Of a stretch of DNA of 64,000 nucleotides, positions 50,440-64,000 are shown one piece after another. Numbering within the stretch: position 1 is the stretch's first letter; each line of letters starts with the position of its first letter. Source of the stretch: Botryllus schlosseri (lineage: Eukaryota). Under the pieces are notes generated by a model. That model saw only the letters and a program-made list of their open reading frames with translations. It was not told where the DNA came from and searched no databases. The stretch spans positions 23,562,001 through 23,626,000 of the forward strand of contig CM119371.1 of assembly GCA_051294905.1 (NCBI GenBank), given 5' to 3'. The translations under genes and the position numbers were made by a program.

Positions 50440-53400
50440 TGTTATTCTCAGTCGATATTGCACTATATTAATGTAGGCCTAGCTCTCTATAAAACATGTT
50501 GTATTGAATTTTATGGTTGACCAAATTCTTGATAAACTGAAGTGAGGTTTGGCTGTCAACAAACAAGATTACTCAACTGGGTAACAGCAGATAACTTTGC
50601 ATTGCAAAATTGTAACATAAATGCATTACTATTTGTACAGCAGTTGAGCACATGTATGCACATGACTTATTATATGATAACATCGTCACATTGCACATTT
50701 GCACAACATTTAGATCCTTGCAATGGCTGAAATTTACTTCTACACTCCTGCAGAGCCAATTGTCATTGGTATGGAGAAATCAAAATCGTATGCAAATGTG
50801 TATGCTACAGAATCTACACAGACGTTTTGTATGAACTCAATTTGTATATCTTCACATTGGTGAAGCGGCTATCACGACTAATGCACCAATAAACGAAAAA
50901 TAAAATTCTATTTGAAAAGTATCTATCTAGTTCTAGATATCCCTGAGTAATGAGATAAATGCTCTGCAATATACGAAATTTGTAGTAAAGTTTCTGGCAT
51001 AGCGATACCGGTATAAGGCGATGATTTCGGTACGCTATTCCTACAATACAGCTGATTGCTAACGTACGTCATTTGCGTCGATTTGCGTCAGTAATCCGCG
51101 ATAAGATAACTCGCAGACGAATCCGCATCTGTACCACAGAGTCACCTGAAGACGTACGTTAGAAATCAGCTGTTTTCGGTCGGTGGCGATATGAACTGTG
51201 TCGTCATAAGGGAGAGATGCGCTCTTCATAGATATGTATGTTTAGTTGAAGTCATGTGCGTATAGCAGCTAACTAAACTGTTGCTACTGCACAGTGTAAG
51301 GTTATGAACGTCAGAACAAAAGTTTTGTGGTTATGAAAAGAGGTATTGTAGTAATAGGGCACCAAAATCATCGTCTTATACCGGTATTGCTATGCCAGAA
51401 ACTCTACTACAAATTTCGTATATTGCAGGACATTTATCTCATTACTCAGGGATATTTAGAACTAGATAGATACTTTTCAGATATAATTTTATTTTCCGTT
51501 TATTGGTGCATTAGTCATGATAGCCGCTTCACCAATGTGAAGATATACAAATTGAGTTCATACACACACATTTGCATACGATTTTGATTTCTCCATACCA
51601 ATGACAATTGGCTCTGCAGGAGTGTAGTAGTAAATTTCAGCCACTGCAAGGATCTAACTGTTGTGCAATGTGACGATGTTATCATATAATAAGTCACATG
51701 CATACATGTGCTCAACTGCTGTATAAACAGTAATGCATTAATGTTACAATTTTGCAATGCAGTTATCTACTGTTACCCAGTTGAGTAATCTTGTTTGTTG
51801 ACAGCCAAACCTCACTTCAGTTTATTTATCAAGAATTTGGTCAACCATAAAATTCAATACAACCCGTTTTATAGAGAGCTACATTAATATAGTGCAATAT
51901 CGACTGAGAATAACAATAGATCCATAACTCAATGTTCTTGCTACCCTCCAGATGTTACAGAGCCTAGCAGAAGAGAGAGAGTGCCAAGAAGATTGGTCAA
52001 AGACAGAGCAAATCCATTGGAATATACCCTGGAGGTTAGCCACACCGATAACGTGACAGCACAACCGAGCACGACTTCAGCGCAGACAGATTGTTCAAAA
52101 TCACTTCTCTGGAATGTCTTGAGTATTTCATCTCGTGTTTGAACACCAATAACCACACATTCAGTTCCTCGTCAATTATTTTTATTACGAGATCCAGTAG
52201 CCTATGCTGTAGTCAGAATTGGACAACTAGAAAATCAGCTTATCAAAATTAGACTATAATGATAATTATGGCTGCATATTTTTCCAAATTAGAATAGAAT
52301 TATAGACACAGTAGTTATTTTTCAATAAAATTAGAATAGGGATTACTGGATATGTGAAAATTTGGAAATTGAATCTGCACAGGTCGCTTAGTATTGTAGA
52401 ATTATACTGTAGAATTTTCAGCAAAACCAGAAATTAAGTTAGAATTATATTACTGGCATTTTGCACATACTATTCTAATTATACAGCCAATTAACTAGTT
52501 GTCCAAGTCCGGTTTTTGTGCTATTTCGATTCGTTGCTGTATTTTCTCAATTTTGTAGTTCTTTTTCCATTTCCAGTTTCTGGTACTTGACATGCATCTG
52601 TAATTCAAAATATTTCATTCTGATATCATGCTGCTCCTTTGCCATTTCCAGGACGCACATTTCTAAGCACCACATTTTGATCACCAACATTATAGTTAAA
52701 ATATGATTTTTTTCATCAACACACCTGGCTCTCTTTTTCGAGACAATTGGCGTTGAGCTTTTTGTGTTGTCTGTTTCATCTTGCATATCTGAATGTAGTA
52801 ATGAATAAACTGTGGGTTGCATCACCATCATTGTATGCTAACACTTACCGGTCTGGTGTTCCATCCTGAAGTCTGTCGAGGGAATTGAAGGAAGCGTCAC
52901 ATCGCCATCAACAACGAACAGGGCAGCAATTTCATTTGCTGCAAGAAAACTATGGTTAACAACAGTTGTATTGATTCAATAGAGTTCAAATTCAATAGAG
53001 CAATGTTAATGTCAATCAAAACAACCGGCAATGTTCCATTTGAAGTATTCGTGTGGCTATGTTAGTACCAACACGATTTATATGGATTTCAAATTAGTAC
53101 CTCAACTTACTATCGCTGTTGTGACATGAAGAACCAGCCTCTGTGTTCACATCCTCGTCGATGATGAAGGTGCAAACTGAATCTTCGGAATATGCATCTG
53201 AATAAACATTTTATTTAAAAATTTTAGTTAGAAATACATTAGAAAAGTTATTTTCAAATTATTTTTTCACGGTTTATCTTAACCTCGCGAAACATAGGAA
53301 GGATGGATGACTAAAACCATGACTTGACTCGAGTTGGAATAGGATGAATGGATTTGACTCAAGTCACTGCTTCAATATGACATACGGTATGAGAAATCCT

Positions 53401-54009
53401 GACTCGAAGCCAAATCTGCAAGTCAAGTTGCAAGCCTAACAATAATATGGCCAACGATACTGCTCAGGCACCTGCACAGTAGCAAAGCCAGACTGTTGCA
53501 ACTTAAAATTGGATGCAAGTTCCTCTGTCGTTGGTTGTAACATATTAAAAATGTTTATGTCGTGAATGCACTCACCATTGTTCGTGTGACTATAGAATAC
53601 GCAATCGTAGTCATACCGATGTTTCAAACATTCAATTTGAGATGGAATAAGGTCTGAAAAGTGATAATAAATATACCAGTGCTATAAAAATCAATTGCAG
53701 ATTGATCAAGGAGCGGTTCAGATTAGGAATTTGCTGAGCAGTGTTCCCCATGTGTCGTTTTCGTATAGCTGATGACGTGCAGCAGTCTCTGGATACGGTT
53801 AGTTTGTTGGGAATTATAAAACGACAATAAATCCATGTTTCTCATGATCATCAAAATTTGTCTATTCAGTTCAAAACGAGCGTTAAAACGTGAGTATGAA
53901 GCACGCAGAGAGTCAAGATAAACACAAATGGAAACAATACATCTCCTACTCCAAATTTTAAAGAATTGTCAGTAAAATTACCTATCGAAAACCTTTTCCA
54001 AGGAGTTCG

Positions 54010-54290
54010 TCAACTGGAGGTGGGCCAGTTTTGGCCCGTTCGACGCGTCGTGATGCATACAACTTTTTTGCTTTTCGATTCAAATTTTTCAATACATTCT
54101 GGATTTGGCCAGTTGTACGGCTGCACGCGCAGGACCAGTATTCATAGCTGCGTATTTCTTACCGATTACATCTCAGGCCGCATCTTTTTGCTTTGCCGTC
54201 AGTCTTTTTGTCTTCTTTGGTTTCAATATATTCTTCTATCAATTCAATTATTCTAAACTTTTCCTGTCTGTTGCAATTTTCCGTCCTCGT
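54010..54290 (-). pseudogene. Harbinger Myb/SANT DNA-binding domain remnant
   Basis: With frameshifts reads IE..KKTD..KQKDAA*DVIGKKYAAMNTGPARAAVQL..LKNLNRKAKKLYASRRVERAKTG, typical of MSANTD/Myb_DNA-bind_5; mostly deleted from the left arm. Confidence 0.7.
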
Positions 54291-56799
54291 ATTTTATTTC
54301 CAAAGTATACTATCGAATTCTTACAGTGTACAGTACAGTCTGTAAAAAATGTCATACCGGTAATCATAGCATAATGTACTATCGGCTGTGGTAGGCCCAC
54401 GCCCATAATATGCGCCAACAGTTGTAGTACTGTCTGAGTACAATGTTTTCAGCTAATACCGCAACTGCACGTCAGAGCATCCAGTTAACACCATCTCAGT
54501 ACCAAATACTAGTGTACCTGTAGCCAGCCCAGACCGCAGTCAACGCGAAGCACACAGCCGATTAACTTTCTAGACACCTCGCTCGGCGGATAACATTTGG
54601 CCGATTAAAATTCACCGATTAGTGGCAGATCGGCATCTGTGCCACGGAAGCCAGCCGATTACTGACGTTTAATCGGCGATTAGGAATTAATCGACATCTG
54701 TGCAATCCACCCTAAGACAAATAGGTTAACAAAAATATAACATGTTTCGAAGTACGGCACTGGTACATTCTGTGATGACGGCTCCGCATTTTACTGATAT
54801 AGCAGAGATTCATGACTTACTTTATCTAATGTATTGAAGCAAAAGGTTCCTTATTTGAGGTGGCATGTGTGCCAAATCCAGCAGTGGATGAAAGCATCTC
54901 TATGCTATGGCCCGAAAATTATATTAACAACAGTTTCAACTCCTCCGCGGCGGAGTATGTGGTGTCACAGGTCACTATATAAGTCGACTAATATCCCAAA
55001 ATAGAACAGAGAATGAGGCAAATGAAATATTTCAATCATGAAATCAAAATCATCCCGGTGGTGTGCACAGTCGTAGATATTCACGGTAACAAATACTATG
55101 TAGTACTGTACCTTTTACGACGCGTATCCCATTCAGCATTCCTAGGAATCTTCAACGATCGCGTCCACTTTCTTCAAGCACAAAAAGCTTCGTTCGTTAC
55201 AGCCTTTGCTCAAATCTCAATAATGGCCACTGGCCAGACGTCAGACGACACTCAGTCAGACGATTTCGAAATAAGTGATATATTCATCCGCTCACATGTG
55301 CCACCAATAATATTTACTGGCCACGATATAATGTTTGATCCAGGTCGTTTTTTCCATACAGAAACATTTATCATTACGTATAGTCCCTTTCTTTTCCATC
55401 TAATTTCGTATAAATTGATATTTATTCCAAGCGTTGATCACTACTTACTGTACTTACTTAATCAGACGCTGCTTGTGATGTCACAGTTGTGCGTTGGTTG
55501 TTTACTACGAATCTCAGAAAACCAGTAACGCGTAACGGTAACCTAATGTAACCTATTACAGATCGCGTTGTCCGCCATTGACAAATGGTCAACTGAGCAT
55601 GCGGTGCAGACATATCTAGTTTACCGAACAATGTTATAGGCCCAAAACTGATTTTCAAACTTATCAGCCCTATCCGTGACAACGAATGTAAGCAGCGAGA
55701 CCGGACCTATAGCCATAGCCTTATAATATAATATAATGGCTATGGTGTAACCACATTTGCTACGATTGTCAGTTGTTTCTTGTACCCTACTATGTACTAT
55801 ACTGAAATTGGTACTAGGGCCAACAATTTCCGTATGACAGACCAGTTTCGCGAACGAGGTCGAATCAGGTCAAATGACCACGAGAATGATATTATCAGTA
55901 ACATTCAGTTCCACGTATACATTGGCTGCAGCGATTTTCAAGGTAATCAATCTTGCCAATAGCCTGGTAAAGTGCAGTAACGAGTAACTGTCAGTAATTT
56001 TGCGAAGAAAAAAGGTAATATTACTCATCAAAATGTAAAATTACCAGCTACGCACAGTTATTCGCTGCGACCGGTAATTCGTTGTAAAATTCACAGAGAT
56101 TTCCCAGTAAATCTACCAGAATTTTTACAGTGCAGAGTGATGATTCTATGCTGAAGGCAGTCTTAGGTTTTGAGTGGAGTCGACCATTGGGATCACTAAG
56201 TAAGGCGTCATAATAGTATGAATGAAGCAGAAAGTTTCAATGTACCGTTTATGACAGTTTGTGACTTTTAACGATAAGACATGGTCAAACCGATTTTTGC
56301 TGGTTATTTTTACCTAATTTGGGGTGCTGAATCCGAATCTGGCGTTACTTTTGAAATAATATATATGTTCACTTTTTTTACCTTTTCGGTGTACTGAAGT
56401 AGATTTTGCCTACTTGCATTACTTACTGACGTGTTTATGTTTTCAGACTACATCCGCTTCTACTTGTATAGTACTTTGGATGAACTACATACAATTGTAA
56501 ATTGGATTTTGGAATATAAAAGTAGTGATTTAATAATATTGCACCAGTGTCACGAGTTAAATTGTCATTGCAATAGCGTGAAATAGCCCCGGAATCAGGG
56601 TAAGTGGGTAGGATATATTTGCCATTATTCTACCTATTCGTAACGTTATAATGGCCACTTTCATTAACCCCGGAAGATGCATCCTGAGATTTCGTATACA
56701 GCCACCTCTGAGCAACTGCGAAAACTATGCGATCCCGACCAAATAATCATTAGACACATTCTGACGTAGTACTTTTCATACCTTTCATTAATGTGTTCC

Positions 56800-57950
56800 A
56801 CTTGAAGTATATGTACGGACTGCCAAAAACCTATAAAACCAACGTGCCCGTTCGACCAATTCTTTCTATGATTGGATCGGCCCAGCACAAGCTCGCGAAG
56901 TGGCTTATCGGAATTTTGGAACCAGTACGTTCCATGTATGATTCGCATTGCGTCGATGATTCGTTTACATTCGCGCACAAGATGAAAACCACCGACCTTC
57001 CAAACTGGAATATGTTTCTCGGTTCTTATGATATCGTTAACCTCTTCACGAACGTGCCGCTGAAGGAGACCATTGATATTTGAATTCTTTACACTCGTCT
57101 TTAAAATTCACATTTGAAAAAGAGCGCGCTAACTCGTTACCATTCTCAGACGTTCTAGTGGAAAAACGGGGTATTAGCTTTGTCACTTCGGTTTACCGGA
57201 AGCCAACGTTTATAGGGCATTATATACGCTGGAATTCTTTTAGCCCGAATCGCTGTAAACTAAATTTGATTGGCACGTTGGTGCACAGAGCCTTGGTGAT
57301 ATGTTCGGATGTAATATTAAACGCGGAGCTACAATATATCCGCAAAATTCTAATCGATAACGGGTACCTCGAACACATCAACAAGAGTTCTGTGGACAGA
57401 AAACTCAGTAATTTCAATCCCAGCAAATCACAAAACACGAACACACGGTCTGAGGAGAATGTATATATAGATTTACCGTGGCTGGGCCCCATCTCTTCCC
57501 GTTTTGAAAAGCAATTGATTTCTGCTGTAAATCGCTGTTACGATAACGTAAAAACTAATGTTGTGTTCACCACCAAACAATTGCTTCCTGCAACGCGCAA
57601 AGATGTTCTTCCTGCTTCTCAACAAAGCAATATAGTCTATGATTTCAAGTGCCACTGTGATTGTTGGTACGTGGGAAGAACAACTCAGCGCTTGCAGGAA
57701 CGCATCAAACAACATGTCCCGAGCGTTATCAGATCGCGCACATTGGACTCTCGCGAAGATGCAGCCATAACTGATCTGCGATTACTAGAACGTAATCAAG
57801 CCATGGCTATGAGCTCTGCCATTGGCAAGTATTTGGCTGAGAATGCAACTTGCGGTAAAAACTATCGCGATGAAAGATTCTATATATTAGGTAGAGGTCG
57901 CACTCATCTCCATCTGTCTGCACTGGAATCGACTTGCCATATCTTCAAAT
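56800..57950 (+). mobile_element. Penelope-like retroelement remnant (RT plus GIY-YIG endonuclease)
   Basis: MYGLPK..VPVRPI..LAKWL..SYDIVNLFTNVP, then LKFTFEKE..LPFSDV..VYRKPT..NIVYDFKCHCDCWYVGRTTQRLQERIKQH; catalytic YxDD segment deleted at about 57080. Confidence 0.9.
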
Positions 57951-58019
57951 GTTGGCGGCAATCAGGAAATTAGGGTGTCAGTGCCGACACGTTTTTGGCG
58001 TGTGTTCACTCAGTGCCGA

Positions 58020-58463
58020 CACGTTTTTTGCACGTATTAAATCGATGAAAGCAGTTATAGCCCTCGCCGAATGTCTGCAAGGCAAGCATCATTTTGAATA
58101 CTTGGTAACTGGCAAATTGGTATCCGACCCGATTGAACCTCGATTTGGTATTAACCGTCAAGACAATGGTGGAAACTTTTTCATGTCGGTCAAGCAGCTC
58201 CTCCTGGCAGAAAAAAAATTCGTTGTCTCAGCTTGATTCAGCAACGGGCACTTCAAACTGCATCTCGAATTGGTGACTCTAACCCATTTTTTGCCACCAA
58301 GACTGCATTCGAACCCGAGGAAAATATCCAATAGCTTGCGGAGTTTTTTGATCAAGTTTCATAGGATGAACTGGAAGATGGGGCTATCGCGTTTTTCGTC
58401 AGTGGCTATATAGGCCGTGCCATCTTTCGCCGACGGAAGTGCTCTGACTGCGAGAAATTGTCA
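58020..58463 (+). pseudogene. P-element/THAP9-like transposase C-terminal fragment
   Basis: FEYLVTGKLVSDPIEPRFGINRQDNGGN and later FFVSGYIGRAIFRRRKCSDCE; cut by the LTR at 58464. Confidence 0.7.
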
Positions 58464-59430
58464 TGTTCTTGATCTTGTTTGCTAACTCATACGACGAGGC
58501 TGCAATGTGAAATCAGTATATTATACGGCAGAATAACTTAAAGCCAGCGACACGATCCAGAGTTCAATTAAACGAAAGACCTAGATATCATAATACAAAG
58601 GGTTTAAATACCAGCACGACACACAAGGAAATAATGATTGGCGGTAATTACCAACGTAAATACACGAACATAACAGTCCTCCCCTGTAAGTTAAACGGTG
58701 CAGGGCGATTCACGTTGTCCGATAGAAATCAGTTTGTCTCATATTTCTAACGGGATAACGTCTACCCGACGTACGAGCAAGAATAGCAGCAGGACGTTGT
58801 GCCCTATTACTGACCAATGGTTGCTCAGCTTGTGGCTGTTGAGGCTGAACAACTTCTTGTGTGGATGTATTATGGCCGGGTGAAATCAAGCGTGGTTGGA
58901 GTTGGATTTTATGCCTTCTCCAATACCCATGATCTGTTTGTAAACAACACGTCCAAGTATTTCCGTCACCACGCCAACAACCCGCTTTGGTCCGCGTCGG
59001 TAATTGCGAGCGTAGACCGAGAGACCAATCTCGAAATGAGTGACTGATTGTGTAGACTTAACGGGTTAAAATTTGTCGAAGGGCCAGCACAAACTTAACA
59101 AATTGCGCGGCTGCCGACCATGTAAAATCTCGGCTGGCGTTTTCCAGTCCATGCCCGGGTGCGGTGCACATTGATACGAAGCGAAGTGTTTGGAGCGCGA
59201 AGTTGAAATCTTTTCGCCCGTCGCAATTTTGTATCAATCCAGCTTTTAAGGTCTGGACGAAACGCTCCGCTTCCCCGTTCGAGGTAGGGTGAAAAGACGG
59301 TGATACGATATGGCTGATTGCCAAATTCGAACAAAACGTATCGAATTCATTTGATGTGAATTGCGGTCCGTCATCCGTGACGATTGTTACGGGCAAGCCT
59401 TCGATAGAGAAGACTTCTCTCAAAGCGTTT
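58464..59430 (-). mobile_element. Second Gypsy remnant (3' LTR 58464-58675 plus integrase fragment)
   Basis: Colinear homolog of 9597-10620; IVTDDGPQFTSNEF..HPTSNGEAERFVQTLK. Confidence 0.88.
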
Positions 59431-59497
59431 ATTACATAACGATTTTATTACCAGACCATTAACGTTCAATGATGGTTGCGTTTACGTTTGTTTACAC

Positions 59498-60632
59498 CAG
59501 GGGTGGGCAAACTACGGCCCGCGAGAGTCTAAAAAAACTTGATAAAAATATTCATAGAATGCGTACTAAAAATCAAATTAATGCAGGGACTTACGTAACT
59601 TTTTCTTAGTTCATTTCACCATGATAATTCTGGGGCAGTGGTTATCAAACTAGGGCGCGCACCCCTCTTTGGGGGCGTGAAAGCATCTGGAGGGGGGCGC
59701 GAAGCTGAGCTCGAAAGATTTTTATTTCGCGCCCCGCGCGATTTCCACGCCATTCTTGATTATTTATTGCTCTGCATTTAGTCTGAATTTCACATTTAAA
59801 AATCTCTCATGCACAACCGCAACCTTCCGTGTCATTAACTAATCGTCAGATTTGCTAGCATCCTGGTTACGTTTTGTGATAGGAGGTTAGGGGGGAATAT
59901 TTCAATATCATAAGGGGGTGTCTTAAATAGTTTGAGAATCACTGTTCTAAGGTAAATACTTCCTATATTATTTTTTATTTTTAATTTCTGGCGCTACAGC
60001 CCGATCTCAAGGCCCACGCAGTTTGAAAGGTTTCAACTGCTAAACATCACAGAAATCCTAAAGGAGATTGGAATAATTCGGATCACGAGTGTGATTTCGG
60101 ATTGACCACTCCAGTTTTAATTATTTCAGTGATGTGCTTATTAAAAACGATTCGCGCGTGTCTTAAGTTGATTCGTTCTCTGTATGCGTAGAATTAGGGT
60201 ATTTATATTTTATCTACACATAGTAGAAACGTTGTTTGAAGCTAACATGGTTATGATGCGGTCAGAATTGTGTGTCCTGGAACTGAACCAAAAGTGGAAT
60301 TGGTAAATCTATGAAGAGATCGTTGTTCACGGATTTAAATTTCCATCCTGTTGTAAGTATCGGGAAAACCGACTTTCATCTCTATAGTTTTGACAAATTG
60401 TTTATTAAGGTCAAACAGCCTAGAAATCTCGCCACTGTTTTTGACGCGTGTACGATATCATAAAAGCAATGCATGGTTTGTTTTAAATAAGCATATATAT
60501 TATCTCCATGTCCTCACTATATCATCAAATACCAATATTGCGTTTTGGTTTTCCCAATTTTATATTGTGCGGCCCGCGAATGGATTCAGATGTTGAATGC
60601 GGCTCGCGAGCTCAAAAGTTTGCCCACCCCTT
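59498..60632. mobile_element. Inverted copy of the composite hAT element
   Basis: Same TIR and same nested MITE as 1542-2450; near-TSD GTTTACAC/GGTTACAC; extra ~280-bp insert at about 59953-60232. Confidence 0.85.
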
Positions 60633-62179
60633 GGTTACACGTTTCGGTAAGTCAGATGTAGAAATAACTACGGTATTTTATGTTTACTCTGAACAGTTTA
60701 GGTACCTAATACCGCCATTGTATGATACGTACTATCGACATGATGCAAGATTTATGCATGTTGGTTTCAGATTCCGATTCTTGTGATTGATTGGTCATAT
60801 TCGACTGCAACTGATGATCATATTGTAGTCCTGTGTGACTTGATGGCATTTGTTGTGGAGGTGCTGACTCTACTTCATTGGAAAATCGATGCTGACGGAA
60901 GGAAACGACTTGTAGATACACTGAACCTCGAATACACAAAGGTTAGTGTCTGATTTTGTGACAAGTATATAGTGTTTTCCTCACTGTAACTTTGCATAGG
61001 TATTTCCTACAGTTCTCAACTCAGCCTTGGACAACCTACTCCACGGTGAGATCTGGTGTATCAGGTGTCTCGTTCGGTTGCGCGACAGAATCATTTTTTT
61101 TTCATACCGACTAGAATCAAAATTATTGCATTTGCTGTACGGGCAAACGTCGTTATAATATCGTTTTGAAAATAACTAAAAATCGATGTGTGAGGTCACG
61201 GTGTCTTTCACTGGTGTCTACACAACTAAATTGCACGGATGTTGTGATTGGGCCACAAAAACACATCCATTGTTTTGATCAAAGGCAATTTCTGGCAATA
61301 TTTGGGATGTCGTCCCAAACGCGATGCCATAAAAGCTAGGTCAGAGAACTGCGATCCAAGCGCAGATGGCGTGGTGACTTGCTTGTGGTATGGTACGACT
61401 GCCACGACCTAAATAACCCTTAAACCCCAACCCGAACAGTGGCACAATCGTCTCACAATCCGACTCCAAACGCTAACCATACCACCTGCTGACGTCATCC
61501 AAACTTTAACATTAACGCTCACAATACCTCGCTTCTTTAAATACCCCTCTATTTTGGACAGGTCGATATTTTTACAATGACGATATTGAATGCATCAATA
61601 TTTTGAATACCTAGCTTATATGACATTTGCTTTTTGACAATCGCAATTTTAATTGCATTGCCATTTATACCGGATCTCGCACGTTTCGATATGATTCAGC
61701 GCAAAGTCCTATCGTTCTCTTATAAAAAAAAAACAGGTGGTAGGTGAAGTATCACTTTTGCTTTTCGTGATTTCTGTACTTCACTTTGTTTTCTGTATTC
61801 AAGTTGTGATGTTGGCAAACTATGTGCATTTTGAAATAGCGGTGTTTTAACACTTCGTTTCAGTAAATATTCCATTTAAGATTTAGAAGTTGAGAATCTT
61901 TATTTATCGCGATGACCTCATGATCGTAGGTATAGTGATATGTCGTAATCCACCAATATTATAGTGTGAATTCATCAGTATCAATGTTAAAATTGAACTT
62001 AGAACCCGAGTTTACTCTAACGATGTGAATAAATTCAACTTCATTTCCATTAATTTCACAGAATTGTATGCGTACAATCTGCATTTATCTTCTCAAGGCT
62101 TGATGTGGTCTGTTATACAGCCTTAGAGACTAAATGCCAGCCTGGGTCCTTCTGATACTCCTAAATGATTTTTCTTGTC

Positions 62180-62860
62180 GAAGTTACAATATGGCATCAT
62201 CTGTTGGGGGCTGCCAGTAAAACTGCACTGAAGCCGCTACAAAAACTACAACACCAGGTCCTCCGTATTATAGCCAGAGCCCCAAAGGGACCAGGATGTG
62301 TTTCCATGAAATCACTGCTCGGAACATTCGGTGTCCTAAACATAAAAGATATGCGAAAACTAGAAATTGCAAAGTTTATGTATCAGTTCCACTGCGGCCA
62401 CTGTCCCGAAAACTTCAATGACTTCTTTACCTCGGTATCAAAAGTGCATAACTACGACACACGCGCGTCCACGTCGTCCAACTATCATATGGTAGACAGA
62501 GAAGGTCATCGCTCTATCAAATATGCCTGACCTGAAGTATGCAACAGTATCTCGCCGGCTATCTGAAAGTCGTCGCGCATGTCCACATTCAAGTCAAAAT
62601 ACAAGCAATTTCTGCTGAGTGAATACTAGTCAGCCGTACCACGACCTGATATATCGATCTCGCCTTCCGTCACTTGCCCCATGATTTTATCGCTTGTCAC
62701 TTTATATTATCTTCTTTTACTTTCAGTCAGTGTGCTTGACTCTTCTTTACATCGCCTAGGCCCGGGTGGGTGTCTGATCTCAAGACTACTCCTAGTCGTT
62801 TCGGCATCTTCCTATCATTCATTGTATTGCAGTCTTGTGATGTTTTGAAGTGTTGAAATT
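62180..62860 (+). mobile_element. CR1/L2-group LINE 3' end
   Basis: LQKLQHQVLRII..LNIKDMRKLEIAKFMY..HNYDTR..SIKYA*PEVCN..TFKSKYKQFLL* followed by 3' UTR. Confidence 0.8.
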
Positions 62861-64000
62861 TTATGAATAGGGCTGTTATCTGTGAAATCCATTTACCGCA
62901 TTGCGCTTTCGATTAGGTGAATATCATTGGCGAAGTGTTTAGCTCATGAATGGTAACTATACTTTTTACTACGTTCGTTTCACGGTACTCGATCGCGTGT
63001 CCTATTAATAATACAGGTATAAAATTATGTAACTGATAACTCCACGCATCCGCTACTGTTCAAAGTATCGAATATATATTCCTAAATTGCTTTCCTATGC
63101 GGTACATATTCCTCGATGGAATGTTGTTTTGTGTGTTTCTACAGATAAGTCGCATACAATTTCCGGACGGAAGTCACCATTACAAGCGTGTGCGAAAGAT
63201 CGTGTCAAGGGTGTGTCAATTTGGTTAGTATCAAGATTAAATGAGGATAAAGTACCAATAATATTCCATCGAAGCGACGACGTCAAATGAACACATTCGA
63301 AGGAATTTTAAAGTCAAAAAACGCAAGAAGAAAAATACTCTAAAGAAGTACCTTCGAAAATTAATAATGGCAGATGTATTACTATTAGCAGCAATGTTTA
63401 CCATTATTATTTCGAAAATTTACGATTAAACAATAGTCATCAATACTAGTTTTCAAAATGTTACTTCAACTTATCTCAACTTATATCCGAAAAAGAAACA
63501 TAAGAATAGATATGTAAGAAACTATCATAGGCTATGAAGAATGACAATATGATCATTGCCCCTCTTCAACGTCAATATACCACTCTACATGTGTGAAATT
63601 TCATCGGGGGCATGGCCAAGGAATATTTGTAGGTTAGAAAGTTACGAAAATTTCGGGAGATAAATAATTGACATGCCGTGAAAATGACGTTGAAAACACT
63701 TCAAATTAGATTATCGTGGAAGCGACTCATCATCGAAAATAACTCTTTGATTATATTCTAATAAATGCATGATAATGTAATACTTGTAGTGTTGTAGTGT
63801 TTAATACTCTCAGACTCCGGAATTAGTTTCTTACATCACAAGATGCTTAAATCCTTTATTTGATGAACGATAAATACTAAAAATAGAACGTATTTTTTTA
63901 TTTGTTTGCGTATTGAGTTTACGTATCTATAGAGATGTCTAATACAGCAGTGTATATTGATCAATAAATATTTAATCACCACCGCACAGCCTTTTAAAAT

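Larger units (their letters stand above)
47007..54712. mobile_element. PIF/Harbinger-derived giant palindromic (foldback) element
   Basis: TIR GGGTGGATTGCACAGATGTCGA; TAA TSD at 47004-47006 and 54713-54715; arms 47007-51049 and 51343-54712 are inverted copies; Myb/SANT and transposase remnants inside. Confidence 0.88.
46408..56132. mobile_element. CMC/EnSpm (CACTA-type) non-autonomous element hosting the Harbinger palindrome
   Basis: TIR CACTGTAAAAA / TTTTTACAGTG; 2-bp TSD CA on both sides; dense TTAC/GTAA subterminal motifs at both ends. Confidence 0.65.

Noticed and set aside
55013..55528. 171-aa plus-strand ORF
   Set aside because: No recognisable motif; lies inside a transposon; probably spurious

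Overview
AT-rich eukaryotic (invertebrate metazoan; tunicate-like by inference) genomic DNA, densely filled with nested transposons. The main gene is a spliced + strand NLR-like gene (about 18639-38518, decayed exon at about 43870). Three small 5' exons splice in frame to a NACHT exon, followed by winged-helix/HD2 exons and 150-174 nt phase-0 LRR-like exons. It has no death-fold N-terminus; instead a RHIM/amyloid-like motif (HFENATVNVVAGDQYNTVIN) sits on its own phase 1-1 exon. It also carries an in-frame TAA, a dead splice acceptor and a decayed duplicated exon. A second gene (6437-7937, minus, intronless) encodes a basic low-complexity protein whose frameshifted C-terminus resembles the AF9/ENL AHD (ET-like) domain. 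A 7.7-kb PIF/Harbinger-derived giant palindrome (47007-54712, TAA TSD) lies inside a CACTG-ended CMC/EnSpm-type element. Also present: many hAT MITEs with 8-bp TSDs, tRNA-derived SINEs, remnants of Gypsy, Penelope, I-clade, RTE, CR1 and P-element transposons, a 28S rRNA fragment and a dimeric minisatellite. All calls were made by eye; no database searches were run.
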